Shown here in pieces: positions 40,001 through 51,938 of a stretch of 64,000 bases of DNA. Made by a program: the position numbers and the translations under genes. Location: assembly GCA_021613535.1 (NCBI GenBank), contig CP075497.1:3100001-3164000 (forward strand), written 5' to 3'. How positions within the stretch are numbered: position 1 is the stretch's first letter; each line of letters starts with the position of its first letter. The notes under the pieces are model-generated. The model saw nothing but the letters and a program-made list of their open reading frames with translations. It was not told where the DNA came from and made no database searches. The DNA comes from Adineta vaga. Lineage: Eukaryota; Animalia; Rotifera.

Positions 40001-40198
40001 ACTAAAGAAAATGAGAAAAATCATTTTACCAGTTGTTTCGACATCGGATGGAATCCATACTGCATAATAATGTGAAATTATTGGTGGATTCTGATCAGTA
40101 TTTTGTTCATGAGTTTCATCATCATTGAGACAATCAAAAAATTGATCATCGTCAGCGACTGTTATTGGTTCTTTGCTACGAGAAAATAGATTACCCAT
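37072..40198 (-). CDS. ANKLE2: Ankyrin repeat and LEM domain protein 2 (LEM4) ortholog
   Basis: WTNPRYLISSGDSPTIV, RYNSMHVAA, LDMYVNTPDK..ETPLHLASKFG, AFAGP, DAEKGWERVAR, WCEYWPFL..LSSTDGLRLLEYYL, PTKLDAHV: all ANKLE2 conserved blocks. Confidence 0.9.
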
Positions 40199-41053
40199 CA
40201 ACCGATATTAAATCTAATGAGAAAAATAGAAAAATAACTGATATAATTGAAGGGAGATGTGATGATAGATATTATTACTATTAGTTATGAATCATAGGAG
40301 CCTTTTTTCCTGCCTGACTGTTTGTTTTTGATTGACAAACGAAAAGAAATGATTCTTTTATTATAAATCCGATAGATATCGCTTTGGAATGAAAGAATGT
40401 GTTTATAGAGAAAAAAAGGGAGAAAATGCGGAAGAATAAGGGAAAATATTTAACATTTCAAATATCAGAATGAAATAATTTAAATGTTTGTTTATATTAA
40501 TTAGACTATGCCATTCTAATACGAAATATGGTCTGATTAAAATCATTCGAAAAATAGAAGCACCTGTTAAATTTCATATTTAGTTTATTTTTTCTTTACA
40601 TAATTTTAAAAATAAATTTTTATCAGATATCAATTTTAATCGTTCGAATGTTCTCTTTGTCAATAAAATGATTTCCAAATGTATCAATTCATAACAATTT
40701 GACATTGTCTCATTCAAGAAAGATAAAATTTTACAAGAATATGAATAAGAATGTCTTTCGAAATGCAGTAGAATCAATATATATATATAAATATATACAA
40801 AGTTTGTCAAATCGACAAAATGAACAGTTGAGAAAAGAAGAAAAAAAAGATAGAAGAAATATATATCACTTAACTTGTAAATCTAAGCGTCGAATTCATC
40901 CACATAACAAAAAAAAGTTTTCATCAAGAATTAACATTTTGATGTTCTATCTAAGCGTATCGAAAGGAAAAGAAACAGACAAAGATATCCGAAAGCACTG
41001 TTGTGTATTAAATAAGAAGAAAAAAAAACAGATATACAAGCGCAATAAATCGA

Positions 41054-42596
41054 TTACTCAGTTGTAAATAAAGAAGCTTTATGGGTCGTATCCAATGTAC
41101 CAACAAGCTGATCGAATTCTTCGACTTTTGATTCAAAAATGCGTAATTCTTCATTCAATTGATTGATAGTTTCACTTAGTGATGGTTCAACAATAAATGA
41201 TTCAAGCATTGGAGGTTGTTGACATGAACGAATAAATAATGCTAAATCATCTGTCGAATCACTTTTACCAAAAAATGGTTTCTATGAAAATAATCCGAAA
41301 TAGATTTCATTCGATTAAAATCATAACCATCACTTACAACTTCAACAAGAATAAAATCATCCGGTGCTGTTTCATTTTCTGAATCACCACTTGCATAAAA
41401 ATTACTCTTTACATTATGTTCTTGTTGATGATCATGATCCATTGAATGTTGTTGTTGCTGATGTTGTTGCATCATAAGAACAAATGGGAGATCATTATCA
41501 TTTGTACGTGAATATGAACCAACATTGGAAGGATATGTTGTTGTACCAGGTGTTGCAAATGCAGCACGTAATTTACTATAAAAAACTTTATCTGGTGTTC
41601 TAAATAAGTTAAGACAAAATATGAGATGGTTCTCTTCTCTCTTTCAAATGAAATTTACCCATGACTGGAAGAAACTGAATCACAACTAGCATGTCGTCGT
41701 TTCATCACTTCAATTGGCGAACTTTTTGGTACACTGGAATTATGTTCTGATGGTAATTGAGCATCATTATCACTAAAATAAACTTTTTGAATAAATCTCA
41801 TTTTCATTTTTCATAATCTTCTTACTCTTCAACACTTCGTTGTGTTTTATCCAATGAAAAATGATCAGTTTTAATATCAATACCAAATTGTGTTGTCATT
41901 GCATTCATTCCATTTTCTATTTGTGGCGATGACATTGTTAAACGTGTACGATAGGCAACATTTAAAACAAAACGTCCAATCGGTGTAACAATACTTCCAA
42001 TCGTTTTCTTCGAATAATGTTCACCAAGATGACTAACAATGGGTTCTCCAGTATACATTTTATAACAAATAATATATTTATCTGCGGATTGTTTTCGTGA
42101 CAATTGATATGTTGGTGTTGCACGTGTACAAGCAAGTAATGATCGGAGGACAATGCTCATACGATTATAAATATTGAATCGAACACGTTGTGCAGGATCT
42201 GATACGGAATCATCGAAAGAAATGCACCATGTTTCTAATGTAATTGTATCACAGTCGGGTGTGCGTAGAGATATTTCGACACAAAATGGACTATGTGGTG
42301 AATCGATAAGAAGATGTTGAGCATCGCCTAAACATTTCTTTGCATTGACAGTTACTTCTGGAATGTCTTTGATGGAAAGATGAAACTAAACGAAATTGAT
42401 TGTTTATTTGATAGATGAAAAGAAAAGAGTCATATTTTCTTACCCATTCATTGCCGGAATAAACAGGTTTAGATTTGGTAGTTTTCTTTTCACCTAATCG
42501 TGATTGAACAATAATTTGTGCAGCTTTGACTAAGAAAAATTTGGTAAATTTTCCCAAAGCTTCATAATCTTCATTACTCAATTGATAATCAGACAT
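41054..42596 (-). CDS. ATG13: Autophagy-related protein 13
   Basis: HORMA domain KFTKFFLVKAAQIIVQSRLGEK..WFHLSIKD..LETW..YNRMSIVLRSLLACTRATPTYQLSRKQ, C-terminal LIR DDFILV, KPFF and CQQPPML. Confidence 0.93.
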
Positions 42597-42850
42597 ATCT
42601 AAAACAGAAGTAGGAAAAAAAATGTTTCGTACTCAATGAATGAATGATTTCTATGAAAAGCTTGTATTGCAATGATCCTTTTGAATGAAGTTTTATAAAA
42701 ATGAAAGAAAAATGTCTGTTTATTTTCTTTTTTCTTTATTTTAATTTGACAACGATGATGATGATGATGATGAAAAACCAAACTAAAGCGAAAAATATGT
42801 GAGAGAGAAAGAAGGACTACGATAGTCTACGAATAGAAAAAGGACGAGTC

Positions 42851-43640
42851 TTAATGTGCGGCTGGTTTTTGCATTTCTTCAGTAATACCAAAATCACTCA
42901 AATCAACATATTGTCGTTCAGTTAATTTGAACCAATGACCTAAAGGAGAAAGAAAAAAAAATCATTCAACACATTTAGATATCAATGAAAACGTACCACA
43001 GTAACATCGTTTTGGTTCACCACGATGAAGATGCATCCATTTCAAATGATAGACATCTTCATTACCTATAAATAAGTGATTTTATCAAAATATGTTTTGT
43101 TTATTGAGAAAACTTTATTCATAAACTTACAAATACAAGCCATCAGTCGTTTATCATTGCAGCTTGGTAATAGATTTGGATTATCTTGTGTACTGTTCGC
43201 AATACGTTTAACTGGCATCATGTCGAAAGGATCATCGTATCCTTTAAATTTCTACATATAGAATTTAGAAAAAACTAAAATATATCAATTAATTGTCTTA
43301 TTTTGTCTCTAACCATTGCATATTCAAAACGACGTTTGTTAAGAATAATATCCCATGGATTTGGAAAACCTTTATAAAAGAAAAAAAATCACATGTATCA
43401 TTCAAATGTTTGGAATAAACATGTACATGTTTACTTACGGACTTTGCCATCATCGGGCGGTAATGGTCGTTGACTCATTGGTGAACGACCATGATCATCA
43501 ATTGGTGTTGAAACCGCAACAGGTTCTTCGCTTTTCTTATTTCCACTAGATGAAGCTTGGCGGATAATAGCTAATGCATGAACACGAGGAAGTGTACTAA
43601 GAGTTGTACAACGACCAGTAGCAGCTAGATGAGCTAGCAT
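42851..43640 (-). CDS. COX5B: Cytochrome c oxidase subunit 5B
   Basis: Mitochondrial transit-like N-terminus; spliced DDPFDM..STQDNPNLLPSCNDKRLMACICNEDVYHLKWMHLHRGEPKRCYCGHWFKL carrying the four Zn-binding Cys. Confidence 0.9.
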
Positions 43641-44050
43641 TCTGTTATGTATTTTTTGTAGAAAAAAATTATCTAAAAGAAAACAATTATGAACAATTTC
43701 TAGAGTATGGAAATACGAGAACAAGAACAAGGAAAAACAGATGAATAATGATGGCTTGTAGGAGAATGATTTCGTTTTCTTCTTTTTCCATTGGATAAGA
43801 ATAGACTAATAGAATTGTATTGATTTAGTTATGCATTTTTATTTTATCCTAAAGTATCATCTTATAGTTCTCTACAATAGTTAAATAGAATTGACCAGAG
43901 GAAATTTTTTTTAATTTTAATAATTCATCAACATGTCATCGATCAGTCAATAGTAACCATATCGATAATGGCGATTAGATATTCTCTTTACCGGTACCGC
44001 ACATTCACATCTACGAGATCGTCATTCAATACAAGTTCATAGAAGACAGA

Positions 44051-46754
44051 ATGATCATAATGACTCGTATTCTGATCTATTTTTTCATTATTCTTCAACT
44101 TTATTCAAGTAATTAATGTTCATTTTTATTGAAAAAATAGCAATCTATCTGACCGTTGTGTGTTATCTTTAGATATTGTATTCTGTCAACGTAGTTTTAC
44201 AAATCCTGCTGTTAGTGATCCAGCTCCTTGTGCTTGTGATCTACGAGCAAATAATTGTGATTCGAATTGTTGCTGCGATCCAGTTTGTTCTCCGATTTCA
44301 TTGAATTAATAGTTATTTTATAAAACGTTTCTTATTGATTTAGGACTGTAGTGATGATGATCTGCGTGTATCTCCAGTATGTCAATCAGTTCGCACTAGT
44401 CGTTCTTCTACATTAAAAGAAGAAAGTCTTGCAAAATGGAATTGTTCAAATACAACTACGGCTGCATTATATGATTATTTTCCATTTGTTTGTGTACAGG
44501 TATAAGTTCATTATTCAAAAATTTAAAGAAAGAAAACATGATCATAATAATTGAGTTATAGCTATCACTCACTGAAGTGATTGGTTCCTATCATTCGACC
44601 GAGAATGTACAATCTATAAAAAGTGCCGACGACGTAACTAGTTTACGTTCAACATTTGTTACTGAATATTCTGAATTATTTCAATCATCAACACTATCAT
44701 CATCTGTTCCTACAGGAGGCTATACTGCAAATTCACCTGTTCTACAATCATCATCAACAATATTTACATTACCAGGAAATTTACTTGGTTTTACATGTCA
44801 AGACAATGTTCCGGTTGTATTTGGAGTCAATCGAGATGTTTATTGCACAACAACTGTATGATTATCATTTTTTTTGTGTGAGCAATTTCCAATGATAGAT
44901 TTTCTTTTGTCAATTTTTAGTCAAATTTATGTACTCAAATCAGTAGTATAACATCATTAAACAGAAATGGTAGCTCAACTTCGACGGTACCTATTAATTT
45001 TTTCGCAAAAGCATATACATCGACGACTACTACTGCTACAACTTCCACGCAGGAATATTATTTTCAAAATTCATATAATCTAAGTATCACTGATACTTCA
45101 TCAACTACTGATACAATTAATGATTATTGTCCCGGTGAACATCCTGTCAGTCGAACCCAACGTTATCGTTTTGTTTGTACTGCAACAACTGGAGATCCGA
45201 CATGTTCAAACTATCAAATATGGAGTGGATGTCCATTACGAGATTCTTTTCAATATAGTTCAATCAATGATACATTTTTCACAGCTCGGAGTTCATCCAC
45301 AGATGATTCGATAACTTTTACTGCTTATAATTCTGTAACAAGTATAACATGAAAATCTTTGGAATTTATTTTATATCGTTTTTTTTCTACTATAGCGATA
45401 TCTTGTCCAAACAATATCCGACGAGTTGTCTATCGTTTTACCTATTCATCGGCAGATAATACTATTTCGGCTGTTGACGCATATGTACTGTATAATCCTT
45501 TATCGACTACACCACGAATCACAATTGAATGGGTTGATACAGCTGATAGTACTATATTATCTACAAATATTCCTCGTAAGAAATCATTTCTTGTCTTTAT
45601 ATAAGAGAGTGTATCACTGTTTTGATATAGGTGGTTATTTCAGTAATGAAGCTCTTCAATTTCGTCGTAATAGTGCTTCTTCTGACGTATCTGCATTAAT
45701 TCCAAGTAAGTTTCTTTTAGTCTACTTCAGAAAAAGTGTTTTCTATCTTGTTTTTTTTCTCTCCAAATCTATCAAGGTGCAAATGGTTTATGTATTGATG
45801 CAACTCGTCAAACTCTTCGTTATAAACAAAGTACTACATCATATTGTTCAATTCAATTACAACGAAATACTATCCAACAAGGATGCCACAATTTAAAGTT
45901 CGTTTCTCGATTTTCCAATAAAATTTTCTAAATTCTTATTTTGATAGACTGAACCTTTATCTTTATTTAAATGTCTTCTTTGCTCCAGCATCGCATGTTC
46001 TTGCCTATCCCAATGTAAATGCAACAACTATTAAAATAAGGTATGAGATATCTCGGTAAAAATTGATTTATATTTCGAATTTCTTTTATCAAGAGATGAC
46101 AATCAAGATTTAATCGATCTCGATCGTATTGACGTGACACGTCTTAATAATCGATTAACTAATGATACTATTACGAGATCTAACTTTCGAATACCTGGTT
46201 ATACAGTCTATGATACGACACAAACTCTTCCTATTTGTTTCAACGTTCCATCAGGAATTTATATCGAATTTGGTTATGTTCGTATTAATATCAGTTCAAC
46301 ATTATCATACGAACGAATTGTTTCTGTTCAATATAAGTAAATGTTTCTCTCTTGTCTTCAACAGTTATTCTACATGTTTTCTTTTCAAAGCTATACATAT
46401 TCCGATTGGCAATTTGATTGTACAAGTGGATCTTGTGATAGTACGTCAACACAACAATATCTCATATCATTTCAATCAAATTTCGTTGATTATACAAGGT
46501 ACTATTTTCAATTTTTGAGAAGAATTCACTTTGTAATTTCTCATTTTAGTCGTACACTTGGTTTAAGCGATACGAAAAGAATAGATATAACATCAGCAGA
46601 TAATTATATTGAACATTTACTTTGGCTTATAACTCCTGAATATCTTGGTGAACCTGGCTATCGAAAATATACAATTGCAATGATTCTCATCTTTACTGGA
46701 ATTTGTGTGATTGTCATGCATGTTTTACTATTTGGAATAATGTTTCCATTTTAA
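44051..46754 (+). CDS. Tectonic-family ciliary transition-zone protein
   Basis: Signal peptide, tectonic signature PCACDLRANNCDSNCCCDPDCS, CQDNVPVVFGVNRDVYC, PxGY, CFNVPSGIYIEF, C-terminal TM. Paralog (TCTN1/2/3) not resolvable. Confidence 0.85.
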
Positions 46755-46899
46755 ATGAAAAAACAAAGACAGATCTGTTTGTTTGTGTTTTTTTCTCTTT
46801 TGTAGAAATGTTTCATAGAGTTTATTTAAAACGAAAAAGAATGAATGAAAAACCAGAATAAAACTGTTGATCTTGTTTATAATTATCAGATGAAAGCAT

Positions 46900-47977
46900 T
46901 TACGAATACATATTACTTGTTTGTGTTGATGCTAAACGAATCAATTGTTTATTTGTTTTGTCAGTTAGTTGAATATAAGATTTTAATGGTGTTGATATAC
47001 GATCTAAAATTCGTTGTAAAAGTTTCAAAGCATCTGCATTTACCGATGAATGACGTTGATAAACAACAAGAACAAGAACCGGAATATTTGCTCGATTTAA
47101 TTTAGTAAATACTATTGAAAGAAAAACGATATCTTTAGGTGTGAGAGAATAAAAGAATGACTTACAAGCAGCGGATAAACCTCGAATTGCATTCGGAGGT
47201 TGAATTGGTTTGATTGTTTGCGTAATTTTCTCATCGGTTGGAATTGTTGATGATTTTATATAACGAATAAATAAATTAGATTTATTTTCTAATTCACCGG
47301 CAATTGTTACATAATCCATTGATAAACGTGATTGAATAATATAAACCGGATTTGTTGATGAAAGATTTGATAAATTAAATTTATTCAGAATCTACTTTTT
47401 TTTATTCAAAGAATAATAATTATTTCTTTCGGAATTCTTTCATTTACCTGTTCACTAAATGGCCAAATTCGATCGGATTTAATTGAAGAATTCAATTGAA
47501 TTAATATAAATGAACTTGATGCTAATCGATAAACTCGATCGACATTTTGTGTCGAATATTGCTGCGTTTTGATTTGATCAAATGATTTTGTTTCATTACC
47601 ATCATCACCCGTTGCTTTCTCATCCGTTCCATATCCAATTAATTCCATATCATAATTGCACAAAACATGAGTAAAAGCAAATGCTAACGAAATTAAACTA
47701 TAGATTCATTTGAGTTATTTTCAAACCTACCTGAAGCAGTAGCACCGAGAGCAATTAATAAAGATGAACATGGAATTTTCACATCATCATTTTTCAAATC
47801 ATCTCGCCAAATAATTGAAAATGGTAATCTAAAGAAATCGAATGTCTTCAATTTAAATTTATCGATAATAACTTACTTATCTGGATCTCGACTCGATCGC
47901 TTTTGATCTTCTTCATCACTATCGATCGTTTCAATTTCTTCTGATGGTACATCACCATATCCATATAATGTTGACAT
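46900..47977 (-). CDS. PSMG1: Proteasome assembly chaperone 1
   Basis: Acidic N-terminus (YGDV..DSDEED), PCSSLLIALGATASAF (cf. PCSKFIIAIGNNAVAF), QPPNAIRGLSAA, C-terminal SNMYS (cf. SNIYT). Confidence 0.82.
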
Positions 47978-48091
47978 CTCAAATGAAATATAGAATTCTA
48001 TCAAATATATATATCAATATTTTATTTCTATTTAATTAAAAGTAACTCTCAAGAGAAAAAGAATCTGACATCGAACAAAGAAACAAATGTT

Positions 48092-49651
48092 TTAATCAGT
48101 TTGCGTTTGTTTTGTGATACCAGTTTGTTCTATAATCGATGATGATTTCAAATTTAATGCTTCCATTTCCTGTTGTTGTTGTTTTTTTTCCAAGAAAGTT
48201 TTCTTATTAATTTCGTCTCGACAAAAATGTACAAAACAACTAACAGGTATCCAAATAATCAATGAAAACGTAATAATCATTCCAACAATATTTCCTTCAA
48301 ACCATTCAGCACGTCGATTATTATTGAAAGCATTTTCAATATAAGGACTTTTGCGATTTTTTCCATCGATTAATATCGTCGATTGTGAATCCAAAGATTT
48401 TTTACATGAAATTTGTTGTTTTGATGAATTATACATGTCAATGTAATTAAAACAAAGATGTGCACGACGTTGTAATGCCGATTGTAATGTAATTGGAATG
48501 AGATCAATACAATTTTGAACAACTGGTGCTATTTCTGCATTAAATTGAAAGAAACCTCTTCGAGTTGCATTTGTTGAACATAAAGTTAAATTTAAACCCA
48601 TTTGACGAAAGAAAAGATAACTTGTTTTCATTAGTCCATTGAAAAACATCGAAAGATTTCGTGTAATATTTTCATTGAAAATTGATAGACCTGTATTGAG
48701 ATTAATTTCATCGGATTGATTATTATTTACTGAAAATGGTGATGAACATATTCCTCCAACATCATACGTATTGATGGAAGATTGATAACCAAGAACATGA
48801 TTCTCTTTATCATAATCAGATAATAACATTTGATGAACAAGACAATAACTTTTTAATGAATAGTTTTGATTGACTGATAAAGAATGAAGAATATCAAATG
48901 ACATACTTCGATTATTTCGGAGATGATTAATTAATGTTAAACGTTTGATAAGAAATCCTCCGTATTGATTTCGTGTTAATGTTCGTAATAAAAAATTAAA
49001 ATGTTCAATAAATGTATATAAATAATAAAGATTTGATCGAAAGATTTTTTCATATAATAATTGATCAATAAACAAAGCTAATGAACAAAATGAAATATCT
49101 GAATTACATCGTAATGTTAATAATTCATAGATAAAATGTAAATCATGTAAAAGAATAGAATTTTGTTGATAAAGATTTTCTTCTTGTTGTAATTTATTCC
49201 ATAAACTATCATTGACTAATTGAGGATAATATTGAAGTAATTGTTGTTGAGAAAATTTTAGTATTAGAGAAGTATTTTTTGATAAAGAAAGGTAATAATA
49301 ATATGTACCATTGAGATAAATATAGATTTGTAAATATGGATAAATGATTAGACTAATACTTGAACGATTTTCATTGATTATATGACCGAGATAAGTAAAA
49401 CGATATTTCGATTGAGGTGGAAATTGTTTATCCAAAGAAAGATTTTGTGAAAAGAAATGTTCATTTGAATGAATAACAGCGTTGAATGTAATATTGCATA
49501 GAGTTATAGTTACAGTTTGATCGGTGATGATAGATGAATCGATGGCAGGTGAAGGAATGGTTTGATTACAGAGAATATTTTTTGAAGAAAATAAACTATA
49601 GATTTCAGGAAGAAATACGAGAAGAAGAATAGAAGATGCGATGAGATTCAT
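48092..49651 (-). CDS. Intronless ADAM17/ADAM10-like type I membrane protein, predicted catalytically inactive
   Basis: Signal peptide, prodomain-like YLGHI, CSLALFIDQLLY, YCLVH..DY..VLG..GGICS..LNTGLS, and TM NIVGMIITFSLIIWIPVSCFVHF (ADAM17-like). No HExxH. Confidence 0.75.
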   Translation of the reverse strand: MNLIASSILLLVFLPEIYSLFSSKNILCNQTIPSPAIDSSIITDQTVTITLCNITFNAVIHSNEHFFSQNLSLDKQFPPQSKYRFTYLGHIINENRSSISLIIYPYLQIYIYLNGTYYYYLSLSKNTSLILKFSQQQLLQYYPQLVNDSLWNKLQQEENLYQQNSILLHDLHFIYELLTLRCNSDISFCSLALFIDQLLYEKIFRSNLYYLYTFIEHFNFLLRTLTRNQYGGFLIKRLTLINHLRNNRSMSFDILHSLSVNQNYSLKSYCLVHQMLLSDYDKENHVLGYQSSINTYDVGGICSSPFSVNNNQSDEINLNTGLSIFNENITRNLSMFFNGLMKTSYLFFRQMGLNLTLCSTNATRRGFFQFNAEIAPVVQNCIDLIPITLQSALQRRAHLCFNYIDMYNSSKQQISCKKSLDSQSTILIDGKNRKSPYIENAFNNNRRAEWFEGNIVGMIITFSLIIWIPVSCFVHFCRDEINKKTFLEKKQQQQEMEALNLKSSSIIEQTGITKQTQTD

Positions 49652-49794
49652 GATTAATCGTTTATATTTTTACATCTGAAAAGAAAATTTATTGAATTAA
49701 TACATTTATTTTACAAAAATAGGAAGAAAAAAAAGAAGATATTTCGTCAAAATAAACATCGTTTTAGAAGAACAAATAATGCACACAAGATTGC

Positions 49795-50789
49795 TTAAGT
49801 TTTCTTTTTCTTTCGTTCATCATTATCGATTTGTAAACCTAAAATAATCCGATTGAACAGAAAATTTTCATTACAAAACTCATTTTACCTGTTAAGAAAA
49901 GTGTATACATTTCTCCAATGAGATACAAACCAATACTGAACAATGTTGAACCGAGAAAAAATAATCCACGATACATAAATGAAAGTTCATTTAAAATTGG
50001 ATAAACCCAAAGACTCATTTTAAATTCTAACCAATGAATATGATGTAAATAATGAATCCTTAATGAAAACAAACGATACTTATTTAGAAACTAAACTTAA
50101 CTCAGATATATTACCAGGCAGTATATCCACCAGTTGCAACTAAAAGACAGATCATTCCACTTAATCGCGATGGATAATGATGATAATGAAATAGATTTTC
50201 AAGCCATATAGCTATTCCTGGTAAGGTATGCTAAAAATTAAAGATTTTATGTTGAAGATAATAATTATACTGATCATTTCAAATCATACCATAACATGAT
50301 TGAGTATTGGTGATACTAAATTATCTAATGCTTCGGGATAGATTAGTTTTCGATCGAAATGATATAAACCCCAAAATGAAATACAAACAAACTAAATACG
50401 GTATTCAATGTTCATTAGTATGTATGATATTATTATGCTTCAACTTACCGTTCCGATGGGAAATACAGCACCAGCAAAGAAAAATCTCGTAATCTTTGTA
50501 ATTTTGATCGATTTTTTGATACAATTGTATTTGAACCAAAAAAGAAATTAATGATACATAAAATATAATAAAACATTTGTAAATACTAAAGATTCAAACA
50601 TATTTCTCAATATAATCAACATCAAATTTCTCTTACCATATTTAATATCGTTAAAAATTTATATTTCCCACCAGCTGCAGTGACTAATTCTCCCATGATA
50701 ATTTGGTCAATTTCAAAACTACAACCCCAAAACATTGCACCAGCTGAACATATCGATAATACAAGTCCAACGTAATCTCTAATCGGCAT
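49795..50789 (-). CDS. AIG1/ADTRP (FAR-17a) family membrane hydrolase; apparent 1-nt frameshift at about 50480
   Basis: GGKYKFLTILN (catalytic Thr motif), SKLQRLRD, FWGLYHFDRKLIYP, LNHVMHTLP (catalytic His), WVYPIL, C-terminal KKKT dilysine motif. Confidence 0.85.
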
Positions 50790-50947
50790 TTTCGTTATCT
50801 AAAAAACATGATTATTTATATACTTATTCATCAGAAAAAGAAACAAGCAAGAATTATAACTGTTTGAATATCTTTTAAAAAGAAACAAAAAAAAAAGCCT
50901 TGAAAATATTTACATAAACAGACAGAATATTAGCGCATATCAATTTT

Positions 50948-51798
50948 TTAATCAGCTTCGAGAAGAACACGTTGTTTGACTCGTGTTGGCGAAGTGACAT
51001 GTACACGTTCATGTTCACCCTCACGACGATGAGGAACATCAGGTAAATGACCGATTTGAGTTGCTTCTTCATTACGAATTAATTCATCTAATTCCGCTTC
51101 AACATCTTGTTCATCAACTCGACTTAAACCACCTGATAAAAGATTCGATACTTCCTACAAAAGTGAGAACAAAAACCAATAATTTCATAAGAAAAAGAAA
51201 TTCTTTCATACATTTTGATATTCAATTGCTTCACGAGAATCTTCCATTAATTTTTCAATATCTTCAAGTTTTAATATAGCATTCATTTTCTTCAATTCAT
51301 CGTTTCCTTGTTTTAAACTATTAACAACATTAACTTGAACTTGAGCAAATTCTAAATCATGTGTCTAAAGAAAACATTTTTTAATCCAAATAAATTTTCT
51401 TCAAAGTAAAGTTTGTTCTTACCATTCGTTCAACATTTTCTAAAATATTTTCGCTTTTATCCATTTGACTTTCAAGCATTTTCTTCTTTCGAAGTAAAAG
51501 TAATGCACGACTAAAAGAATTCGATGAAATATGATTTCAAAACTTACAACTAATCTTACTCTTTATGTCCATTTTTTAATAATTGCTTCGCAACTTCTCG
51601 TTCACGATCTAATTGACTTTCAATTCTTCGTCGATTTTGAGTTAATCGATCACGTTGTTGTTTCAATTGCTAAATAGAATAAAAACTTTCGAATCGAAGA
51701 ACAAAATGTCGAGAAAAGATTACAAGTATAGCACGATCTTGTTCGGTAATTGCTGGTTGTTTCGAAGGTTTAGGTTTCTTACCAAATATATTTCCCAT
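50948..51798 (-). CDS. CHMP6: ESCRT-III subunit CHMP6 / Vps20
   Basis: MGNIFGKK myristoylation N-terminus, ITEQDRAILQLKQQRDRL, RALLLLRKKK, LEFAQVQ..LKQGN, DEQDVEAELDEL, LPDVP (MIM2). Confidence 0.95.
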
Positions 51799-51938
51799 CT
51801 AGAATGATTAAATAAGATAACGGATATATTCTTATATTTATCTCTCTCTCTCTTTTCCTCCACTGTTTATAACAATAAAATCAATGTTTTTTTTTTCTTT
51901 TTTACTTCACAGAACAACAAAAAAACGAAGGTTGAACT

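Noticed and set aside
40300-41050. ORFs 40580-40810 and 40699-41067
   Set aside because: A-rich ATG13 3' UTR/intergenic sequence with biased composition and no motifs.
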